A DNA stretch of 36,232 nucleotides from NCBI GenBank assembly GCA_964200185.2, contig CAXNAD020000046.1, positions 1-36,232 on the forward strand, read 5' to 3'. Numbering within the stretch: the first letter of the stretch is position 1; every line of letters starts with the position of its first letter. Positions 10,601-22,600 of this stretch are shown one piece after another. Below the pieces are notes generated by a model, which saw nothing but the letters and a program-made list of their open reading frames with translations, did not search any database and was not told the origin of the DNA. Source of the DNA: Choristocarpus tenellus KU-1152. Lineage: Eukaryota > Protista > Phaeophyceae. Made by a program: the position numbers and the translations under genes.

Positions 10601-13600
10601 CATTGATAATGCAGTGTGACTAATTTGGTAGTACAATTCAACATTACAATAGGTAGTTGCACTCCTACTTCCCACGCCACACTGGAAAAGTGAACAACGA
10701 ACAAAAGATTGTATGTTCCATCTAAGAATATTGACAAGCTGTTCCTGTCCTGAAGTGAAAACCTTTTCACCCTCACCTGAGCTTGTCAATCGACTCCAAC
10801 ATTGCCTTCCGTTGGCAGTTATTACGCATTCCATCCCATAGAAGATTCACCAAACGTTCACCAGAGCTTATGGTGGAATCTGCCGAGGCATCATCAGCAC
10901 TTTGCCGATGTAATCTCAACGCAGTAAGGTATGCATGGATAGAACGCAGCACCATGCCTAAATCCAAGTCACGATACCTGCAAATACACCCAAAGGCACA
11001 AGTTCAACCAAGGTACAAGGGTGTCATGCTTGTGATAAACTGGTATCACTCAACTGATGAAACAACTCTAAAACAAGATACACTAAACTCTTGGTGGAGT
11101 CCACAATATAAACTCAAGGCTAACTTGAAATTGGAAGTAGGTTGCTTACTAACAAGGTGTCTTGTAATGTAAAGTCACATCAACAGTTAGCCGAAAGGTT
11201 AAAGCATTACTGAAAGTTTAAGATCACACTATCACTAAATTGCATTGTCTTGAGACAAGCAACCAAACCATTGTTAGGATTTTCTTCTACAGTACAATTT
11301 GGAACACATAATATCTGTAAAGCACACAAAGTACACAAACATGGCCAACGCATTTTGTTGATATCTAGTACCTTGACAGAAGTTAGTTATATGAGATCAT
11401 GTAGCCTGTATATGCAAAGATTTTGTTTTCTACATATAGGGTTGGTGCTGCATCCATGCATTATACGTCGTACATGCTGAACAGAAACCCATTCTGTTAC
11501 TACTTGGTGCACTAAGCTTGATACTGTTGGTATTGTTGGTATTGTTGGTATTGTTGACATTGTTGATACTGTTGGTATTGTTGATATTGTTGATCCCTGA
11601 GGTGTACCCCTCAATCAACTCTCCACTTACAACTATTCACCCAAAACCTTGGATGAGTCACACAAAAAATTTCCACATAACAATAATTCAATAGCACCTC
11701 TTTCCTGGTTTCTACGGTAGCAAGTAGCCTCTAGATGCAGAAGGTGACATCCATTGTATTGAGATCACCACCAACATGCACCAAGACAGCATACCCTGTA
11801 AATCAAAGAGAACAACTGAAAGAATATACTCAATAATAGGTAGTACAAAGCATGCCACCACAATGAATACTATTCTCTATTCACAAGTCAAGGGGGAAGT
11901 TGAACTAAAATTCTACTGTGCAACATTTCCTAAAGCCAAGGGTCACAAAAAGTCTTTAGTCATCGCCACTATTGGTCAAAGGTACCCAAAGCAAGTCCAA
12001 CCGTACATGAATGACTCCTGTAGTTGAAGACTCACCAGGTTGAACCCTTCTTCCCGACTGCAGACCCATCGTAACCAGAGGACTGAAGGAGCTTAGCTAA
12101 CAGCTTCACATACACACTTGTCACCTCTATTTCCACCTGAAGATCCAAGCTACCATCTCTTGGCTGTTGGAGGAAAGCAGAAATCAGAAATCAGCAATAT
12201 GCTACATAAAAAGTGAACAGAAATCAAGAGCTGCATACTTCTTTCTGTGTGGCGAAAAAATAGAGCAAGATGGGATACTTGAGCCCATACCCTTCCCTTC
12301 CATCCCACCTACACATTACCTTTTTGAATCTATGGTGGTCCCCAGGTAGTGCTGCAGTGAGAGCATTGAGCAGAGCTGAGACCGCTACAGAGGGGTCAGC
12401 TTTTACAGATGCAGTCATAATGTGGTTGAGCTTGATCTGGATCTGGAAGTACATGAGGATGATATCAATGACAAGCACGGTACATCAAAACACAAGAGTT
12501 GAGATCAATGTATGACTCAACATGGACAAGGAATCCATACTGAACAGGTATATCCAACCAGTTGTTGATTGGTACACATAGGAATAGGTAGAAGGCGTAT
12601 GTGCATGACCATTATTCTTCTTGCCTTCAACCAATATATCCGTAACAGTTACACCAATTGATGAAGGGATGAGGTTCCAAGATAGTTGAGATACTGTATT
12701 ATGGAAGGACTGAAAATAACCAGTGCCATGGGCACAATTCTATTGTGCTGCGAAAAGTAACCACTGTCAGTATCTTTTAAGTACTTGTCACACCATGCAT
12801 AGTACCTACCATTCAATCCCCCACTGGTTCTGACACTGGCAACTCTGTTTTCCTTGGTCATCATGTAACATCAATCTTCACTACAGTATGCATCTCTGAA
12901 CCAAGGCACAACAAGATAGCGTTTAACTGAATGAGCTTGTTCTTCTAGAGTCCTACCAATATCACACACCCCAAAGTTTACCTTGTACAAATATTGTTGA
13001 ATACTGCTTGCCAACCTTATCATATGAGAGCATATGTTGAGCACCTCCTTGAAACAGGGGAAGTGGTTATACCACCATACAATACTCACACTCCACAACA
13101 CAACAAACAAGGTCATGGGTAACACAGTCCAATTCAACAAATTATTCTTTGGTTGCTTATTTTGATCATAAAAATTATGAAGTGCTCAGTCTCAACATTT
13201 TGCCAGCTAACAGCAAGCAAGCTCTTGTCAGGTAACTGTGAAGCCTGGGGGCTACAGTATCAGGCATATGGACAAAAATATTGTATAGTATGTGAATTCT
13301 AATGGTGTAGATTTTTCTTAATCATGCTCATCTAACTGTTCAGTCAGTCAGCGATGGTCTCACTGTAAGGACACACCTCATCTCTGGAACCAATGTTTGA
13401 TGAACCACTCTGCATAGAGGGTTCAAGGCACCGCTTTGCAGCATGGAAGCAAACCTCTTGCAGCAACTCCGCAAGTGCTTCAGTCTCAAAGAACATGGGT
13501 GATGTTCTGCAAACTTGATCCAATGCTGCTACCACTTGCTTCTGTATCTCAACCTCAGAGCCACCTTGTCAATAAGTCAATATTTGACAAATTATTGACT

Positions 13601-16600
13601 CAAGGAAATCTTCTTGGGGATAGGTCCTTCCTCCAGTTTTGGATTATGCTATTGAATCGGGCGTCATTTTGTCATGAAGAACAATCTTGAGTGAATCATC
13701 ATGTCCATCACTTGAATGGCTAAAATGGATCTTGCACACATCTCAACCCACTGTACCTTGGGAAGGACTGTCTCCGCCATTTGATTTGCTGCACGAGAAT
13801 GATAGCCTCAAGCACCGTGACAGGAGTCCAATAAGCTGTGAGTGGTGCTTGGTCAATGTGCCTTGCATCCTACCTCCATCCTCAACAAGTCTCCTCTCCA
13901 CCCAATCTGCTAATTCCTTGATCTTGTCGACAACATGCACACAAAGCAAAAGGTCAAGATTTACTTTTGACCATCAAAACAAGTAACAAGTGAAACTACT
14001 CACTATGACCATGACCATGACCATTGCCATGCAATGAAAGGAAAAAAATGCAAGAACTTTATCACTGTCTCAACAAAAAAACACACACACACACTTGCAC
14101 ACTCATACTCAAAACTAGAAAAGTGGTCCACTGCAAATATTGATGGTAGCTTCCTGACAAACTGTGGCAGCAGGCCATGGTAATTTGCACCCATCATACT
14201 CTTTTTAACAATATCAAATCAATAATTACATACCCATTACAATCTTGAAAAAACTTTGTGTATCTAGCGCAACAAGCTATTGTTGATCACACAATGCACA
14301 AAAAACATCTCATCATGTAAGGCTGAAGGATCAAAAACATCCTGAAACCACCCACCCCCAAGCAGATGGTATCCGTAAGTGCACCATCCCAATAGCTTTT
14401 GACATACTAGTAGTTATTAATGAATCAAAAGTCTACACAAAGTACCCCAATAAAAGGTAATATTCTGTGCAGAAAATATCTGTGTGTCGCACAACAATAT
14501 CATTCCGAATAACCACAACAAAGCACAGAAGTTGCTCATCTCACTGCACATCATAACTCACCTTTGCCACAGCAGCAGTGCACTGATCAGGAGGCATACC
14601 CACCACTGTTGGGAGGTGAATAAGATTTGTCTCAACCTATTTATTAATTAATACGCAGCAAGGTCAGGGTTTCAAAACAAGCCAGGAAACACATCAAAGC
14701 TCACAAATGACAATTTGAAATGTACACGGAACTATTCTTGCATCCTGTAACACAATTGAGTGTGTCAAGTGAGACAGGACAAATATAAGGACAGTCTAGA
14801 AAATGACCATGCCATCCACATTGGGACAAATATAAACACCTACCTTCTCCACAAGGGCTGAGAACTCTGCGTCTATTGCATCCCGCAATTTGGTGTCACT
14901 ATGCTGAAGTTGGGGTGGAGCTTCAATTGCCTGCTTGTTCCGCACCCTCTCCCTCTTTGGTGAGAGCTGAACCTTTACTGGGCTGTCATCAAATCGGAAT
15001 GGTCCATCAGTGGATGCATCATCCATGTCCATCCCACTCAATCTGTATAGTGTCAAGGATGGAGGGACGCTTGTTCAGCTGTGTATTTGAACTATAAATT
15101 TCTGTTGGGGCAACAAAAACTGTTGTAGAGTAACATTCACAAATCCTACTGTAACCCTACATTCTCTCACCTATCCCCATCTCCATCTCCTATGCCATAG
15201 CTGTTTGGATCCATCCCTCCCATACCCAGGAGATCACCAAGACTAGCCCTTCCCTTCTGTTCTTCATCACTTTTAGCTGCTCCATCAACTACAGGGATCT
15301 CCATGGGTCCTTCAATGCTGTCTTCGACTAAGGGTAAACCTGGAAGGGGCTTTCCTGTCACCATGCCTGGACGAGCAAGTCTGTTGAAGGTAACAATGGG
15401 AGAGATTGGTATTGTTTATCAGTTCCATCCAGCACGTCCCTGCCCAACTCATTATTTCTTCCCCAGAAGTTTTTTTTGTAACAGAGAACCTACCATTGTC
15501 ACACCCACAATAGGCACAGGACAGGTGCTCAGATCTTTCAGCTCTTACCTTGAAGGTGGGAATTCTGCCATCCCATGAGTTGTGAGACTAGCCACCACTG
15601 GAGTATGTGTGTTGGATGTAACCACACTGGTTGTGACACCTGCTTTCCTATCTACAGCCTTGATGCGCTGCAGAGATACAGGTGGGAGAAAGAGGAAATA
15701 CAATGTAACAACGAACACAATTTTGGCGGCCAAAACAAATAAGTAGTACAAAGCCCTAAAAATTATTTCATTTCTAAAAACATTGTCTTGGTCTTGTATC
15801 TATGACAATACCTCATCAATTAGTGTCTTGGTCTTGTCATTCCCAGGTCCTAAGAGGCGGTAGAGACGTGCGATATCCCTTTCCAGTCCCACATAGGCAG
15901 CTTGCAACACATCCAAAGCTGCAGAGCGCACTTCTGCTTCACCAGAATCTACGAGACTGCAACTCAACAAATAACAAAACACAGAGCATAAAGAACAGAA
16001 AGAATATGAGCACATGTTGTATTCTAACAGTGAGAGTATTACCAATAGTTGCTCATTAATGACAGAACAAATATGAAAAACATACAGCATCAACACACAA
16101 GAAAGGTTTTGCCCTTGTCTGAATTTGTTACTTCGAACTTTGTCCTTTGAAGTGCAGTATTTGTTGTACTTTGAGGACATCACAGAAGGGATTTCTTGGC
16201 GACTTTGGACTAAGACATTTTTTCACACTCTTTTCACACTCTTCAGTACACCTAAGAATGGGACTTACACAGCTGCTTGCAAGGGAATTCTGACTCAAAC
16301 AAGCCAAAGAGTGACTTCAGGAGAGGGATATTTTAGCATCAATAGTGCATAGAAAATCACGTTGACCAAGAATCCCAAATGTAAATTGTGAGGTAGGTGT
16401 GGTTTGCTATTCCCATTAAAATTTAGTCACCGTGTCAGTTCTTTCCCACCCTTTTTCCCAAGCACACTAACAGGACTGCAATGTTCCATGCATCTCGCCA
16501 GTTGTTGGAGACAAGACAACCTCGAACGGTTGTTCTTGGATGATGTGGCCTGTTCAAAGGAGATACACAGAGGACTTCAATGCAAGGTCCAAGTATGCAC

Positions 16601-19600
16601 TAGAAGTTGATGGGTTTGTTTCTAACATGCATCTAACACAACAAAATGAAGGGAAAAGAATGAGCCATGCCATGGCAAAGCTCTGTGTAAAAAATACATT
16701 ACACAACCGCACAGTTGGTCCGTTCAAGGGTTGTCTAATGAAATAAATATTGGTTATAGGTAATAAACATTCATCTATACATCATCACTACCTAGTAACT
16801 CTTAACAATCCAGTGAGGTCATGGAGCTGTGAACAGACAAGTGAGATGGAACCTCTGACATATATTACACATACCTGAAGCAGCAGGTTTGAGTACTTGG
16901 AGACAGGATATAGATTGGGGATTTGGTCCATCAGCTGGCGAAAAGCCAAACGGAACCTTTCTTTAGCCTGTCCACTCTTCTCTAATAGAGTAGGGATAAA
17001 AGCTTCCACCTCCCCCTCCTCAAGGTGATACTGTTGCACAGTCAGTGCCTGGAATACACTTGTTAGGAGCTCCAAAAGCTGCAGGATTAAGGGTACCAAG
17101 TTGACCATGTCAAGAGTAAACCGTAGTATGGGCATCAGCATGGCTTGCACAGTGGTGTTTCAGAGACTGCTGTACCTGCTCAGGAGAAAGTATAATGGAA
17201 GTAGATACATTTTTGTCTTACCTGACCCATGGCCTTGACATTCTCTTTCTCACAAAGGCGTAATGAAACCCACTTGAATATCAAGTCGAGGCTGTCTAGG
17301 AACGCCTCTGGTTGGTGATTGAGAGCCTTGGACAGGAGTTCAACACCACCAGCCCCACACTCCTGTTAAGGCATCATCCACAAGAGGTGCATGGAGAATT
17401 AGACATGGAAATCTGCATCCAGGAAGTTATACATGGTCACCACTACAGACTAGCAGTAAGGTTGGCAAACTATCAAAACTAAAACCTTTGTCCTCAGACC
17501 TACCTCCTGCCTGACTGGACTATTTCCATACTAGCACAAATGGCATTTCCTCTCACCATGCTGCCCACTCGTGCAGGGAAGAGAGTCTCAATTGCACCAG
17601 CAGTCAGTAAAGGACTCCACAAGGTTTTGAGACAGGCAGTCTGATGGTCTCGTGGCTCGTCAGAAGATACTAGCCAACGAGATCGCTTCTCAGCCTCTAG
17701 ACGTCTTCCCTTGCTGTTCACAGACAGGAGGGGACCCTTCACTGCTCCTGAGACTTCAGTTCCTTGTTCTGACTCCTCCCCAACAGTACTTCCACTGAAG
17801 GGAGTCACAGATTAATAAAACACAAAAACAATTGAAGGAGTCTAAAATAGAATTTTTAATAGTATGGTGGACTTGTACTACTCTAAGAATTCAAGATTAA
17901 GCACATTGCCCCTTTTACCACAACGTATATATGAGCATCTGACTCTACCTTGATGCCATAAAAAATAATTTAAAATGATCACAAAATTCATGTTCACCTG
18001 GCCGATGATGCTCTGCCTGAAGACCTTGAAAGAGCTGAACGACTTGTGCGTGTTGGAGCTTTGAGCACAGACTTTGTGGCAGTGGAGCCAGCACCCCTTC
18101 GTCCCAACTTGTTTGAGGTGCTTGCAGTCGCTGGTACTTGATGAGGAGATGGCAAGGACGCATCTCCATCGGTACTAGGCTCTGATCCTGCAAACAAGAT
18201 ACATGTACATTGTATCAGTAACTACAATTTGGTAATTTGTTGATGAAATGACACCACCTTGAACAAATTCATTGTTGTGCTCCTGTATGAGAAATATACA
18301 TGATGAAATATACATCTAAAAACCCAAGTATTTTATAATATGTCACAAAAACTTGTCAGAGAATGCTTGCAACTTTCCAAAGAGCAGTTACACACCCGCT
18401 GCCACTTTATATGTATATGTATTCATGTATATATATATATGCATTTGTAGTATGCAAAATGAAAAAATGATACAACTCTCCTTACTCTTAGCTAAACAAA
18501 CACATATAATCAACGTACTGAGAAGCATTGATGTGCACAAATATTGTGTGAGTTCTACAAGAATATCTTAACCAGAAAATGTCACACCTTCTGCTGCATA
18601 GACTCTTTGAAGTGCAGGTTGAAGTTGCCGCAATGCCGCTGGAGCACTATCACGTGTGGATGATCGAACACTAGAGAGCTGCACAGTACCTGCGGAAACA
18701 AGGGCAATAAGGCACTCTTCTCCAAGCTGGCGCACACCAGCGCTCTTGTCTTGCATACAGCTCAACAAAGGTTTGACAAGTCCAGTTGATCCCTGTAGGC
18801 ATCGGATGGGTAGAGCAGCTATGATTGATCATGAACGCCATAAAAAGTCAAACTGTAGTGACAGACTTCATGCACCCTGTCTATAACACAGAACAGCTCT
18901 CCTCCCTCTCAAAACAGACCCCAGCATTCCCCAAAATTCCAAATACTCATCCCATTATCAAGGTCGGTTTAATAGATCTTGAATTTGACTACACAATTTA
19001 ACAAGTGGCAGGGAGGGTGAATAATAATCCTATCCCTTACTAAATAAAACACCTGCTATAGCATGAGGGGATTCTAGGGATCAATAACTACAATATCTGG
19101 GCTATGTAAAGGACTTAGTATAGTACGTAAAGGACTTAGCATAATCGATCACCAGAACATGCACATCTCCAACACCAATTACTTTACCTACCAAAAATGG
19201 ACCTCATCCTAAAATAATACTACTACAACTGCCAACAATGGAAAACATCTGGGATTCATTGAAGAAAGTTTAGGACATCAAAAATATCCACCATGCATCT
19301 TGGGAACTACAACATCCCAATCAAGTACAAAAACCGATATATGCACCCCCCCATTTGATCACATTCATGACACTCTAAAATTAAAACATAAAACCTTACC
19401 TATCTGCAGCACCGATAGACCCCGACAGTGTTCCTGTCTGCGTATCCTATAAAACCCCCATGTCTATACCTCTATTGGGAAGAAGCTAAGCCCCTATTAA
19501 CTTAACAATGAGAGGCATACTAATTTCTTATCGAAGAATTTGAAAAGTGAGGGAGGATTTATCTTTGAAGAGGATTTATCTTTGAAGACATACACAGAAA

Positions 19601-22600
19601 TCATAGGAATTTCAAAAAGATTTCAATTGAGAGGATTCAGTTTGTAGTATTCCACAGAGAAACACTATAGATAACACATAGGCAAGGATGGACAACCTTA
19701 CCTCTCCACTGCTGAGTGATCCAAGAACACCTTTCAGCCATTCCAGCAGCTCCATGCGCCCAACTGTATTGGCAAGAGCCACAGCCACTTGGCTAGCAAG
19801 CGCCTCCAGTGTTGGGGCATGTATGACACCTAAACAAAGTCACTGGAACGTGTTATGAATTGGTCCAGCATCACATGTAGGCAGGGATTGGACTTCCTCC
19901 ATTACACTTCCTCTTTTTCATGCCACTATAATATGCCATTTATTAGTCCTCAACCCTGCTAATGACAAAGAATCATCATATTCCACTGGAATACACGTAG
20001 GGTCACAAGTACAACATGATCCTCCAAATGTCTACATGACTCGGGCAGGACATCCAACATTACATGCACCAATAACTAATCAGTCATCCAAGCCTCAACC
20101 CAAATTCCCCCGAAGTGTTGCCCAATCAAACAACACCACAAAACAAAAACAAAAAACCTGATGACTTGCCTCCCTCATCCTTGACCTTGTCCAGAGCAGA
20201 TACAGCTGCATCACGCATCAACTTGCGATTGTCAGCAACACATCCTAGCAGGGGTTCTGCATAGATGCGGGTGAGCTGTGGACAGCATGAGTGTATTTGC
20301 AAACAATTGTAGAAATAGGGAACACAAGTTAACATCCAAATTGAGTGTTTTATCCAACAAGGTACACAATCAAAAGTGATGAAAATAATAGAAAATACTC
20401 CAGGTATGATAGGCTTCACCTAGCAACATGTATTTCATACACTGCAGAGGATGGAAAGATGAGCACCTGGGACAAGTTTTATACACCCACCTTGGGAGCA
20501 GCATCTGGGCCAACACTGGATACCACTTCAGCAATAGCATTGGCAGCTAGAGGCTTTAAATTCGACTGAGAGTCAGCCAGGCGGGGTGTGAGGGCCTTCA
20601 CAAGCTCCACAAGAGCTTTGTTGGCTTCAAGGTGAGATCCAGACCTGAACAAAAACCATTGTTCAATACTATCAGTATCCAGGTGATAGCCATGAACACT
20701 CAGGTATGGCATAATGTAAGCCTGACCCTCTGACAAAGAGCAGACATGGCTGGAGTTTTGTAGTAAAGAACAATATACTTGTGGTACCAAATACAAAATG
20801 CAGTTTTTCTTGTCTAATGTAAAGTAGAAACTAGTAAAGTATAAACTATTTCCAAGACAACACAACCATCAACTCATGCACATTCTCACTTTTTGCAGGC
20901 CTGAATAATTTCTTCCATGGCTGCTTTTCGCCCCTTCCATGCATCCTTGCCCTTGATGCACTGCAATCGGCTTATGCAATCCTAACATGGGACAAGAGCA
21001 GAACCATGAATACAGAGAGAGGAAAAAATGGCAAACAAGAAGTGTTGATTGAAATGTATTGGGGATTAGGACTGGAGTCCATCAACCAAAAGCATCACTA
21101 GCAACCCTCACATCATTCCCAAACTCAGAAAAGTGAGATCTATGCAGAATAATTCAGAACCTACGGGCTAAACGATCTACACACCATGTCACCTTTCATT
21201 AGCCACAAGGTCAATCAGAGCAATATATTAGTATACTTGACAAAAGGAGTGGCAAAAAAGGACCTCCAGGACGTGGGAATTTGATGGGCATAACATGTCC
21301 AAAAATTTTAGTGCAAAAAGAGTTGAGTATGACCAGACTGATATTTATGATATCGTATTTATGATAATTATACCTTCATGGAAGACTCACCTTGTCCAAC
21401 ATAGAGGTCAGGTCCACTCTTGGTAATCCCCCAGCTGCTGTACCCTCACTATCTGCATGACCTCTATCTGATGCTGTGGTCTTTCGTGTGGCCTTTGCAT
21501 TTGCTGAAGGATCAAAGCCCACCTTGGCCAGAACATCATCCACCTGAAAGGGGAGATCAATGGTTAAACACCATTACCAACTGAAATAGAAGAGTGTGGA
21601 TTAAATTGCATCCCGTTCAGATTGGGTATGTTATTACTGCAGGTCTTTTTTGATATGAATGAATATATAATACCTGCAATTGCAGTGCAGGCTTGAGGTC
21701 TGGTAGGAGTGCTTTCATAGGAGGACCAAGACGGTGGTAGAGGCAGCCCAGCAAATCCAATGCAGAGGATCGAACCTGTGAGGGACGGTCATGAACATGA
21801 GGAATTAGCAGGTTCATTGTACAGAACATAGATGTGGATGAACTGCTCATGGATTACACAAAGGAACAGCCCCCACCACAAGAAATCTATGCCTCACAGC
21901 AACAACATGTGCGCAAATCATTGACCTTGCACCTGGCAAATCATTGTTATTGACAAAAGACTATTGGCAGGGACTGAAAACATACACATTAGTCAAGAAA
22001 TATATGCAATTCTTGGTTAGGAAGAACAGGCAACTTTATCATTAATATTGTGATAGAGAACTTGTTGTGAGGTGTGAGAACAATGTAAGCACAAAAAGGA
22101 TGCATGGTGGTTGCGTTGTCACTTGACTAACCTTTGGAAGATGTAACTATTTAACAAAAAGGAGACATACCTTGGGGACTCGAACAAAACAGTAAAAAAT
22201 CATCAGTTAAATTCCATGAAAGCATCACAACCAAACTCAGAAATCCAAATTTAGATATTGATGGCGCACTATTCAGTGCAAGTTTATTTTTCTTTTTACA
22301 ATTTACTCTCTACTGGTCACAGTATATCAACGATATGTATGCCATTAAATAGTACCGCTAGTACTTATGTACTATAAATGCACAGATGCATGTCCTCTCT
22401 CCCCTATCCTATCCTCTCCATTCTATAAAACATGAAACAGCTGCATGTATAATATGCAATGCATGAAGACCTATCTGCCTTGAAGGACTTTCCAAATTAA
22501 GACAGACACAGTCTTTTCAAAAATATAGATGATTGTACTGAAATTGTAACTAAACCAACAGGAAAGGACAGGTATTATATACTTTGTCTAGCTTTCTCCA

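Noticed and set aside
11387-11618. Asn/Thr-rich and TIP-repeat ORFs
   Set aside because: Produced by the intronic 9-bp minisatellite; exons 39 and 40 join in frame without them.
17222-17794. TOG5 lacks the HEAT-A tryptophan
   Set aside because: A divergent TOG5 tubulin-binding loop is an established feature of the family, not a novelty.
22165-22190. B-box-like GTTCGAGTCC on the minus strand next to a strong AG|GTATGT
   Set aside because: No A box or cloverleaf is visible and there is no usable exon upstream, so neither a tRNA, a SINE nor an exon is supported.
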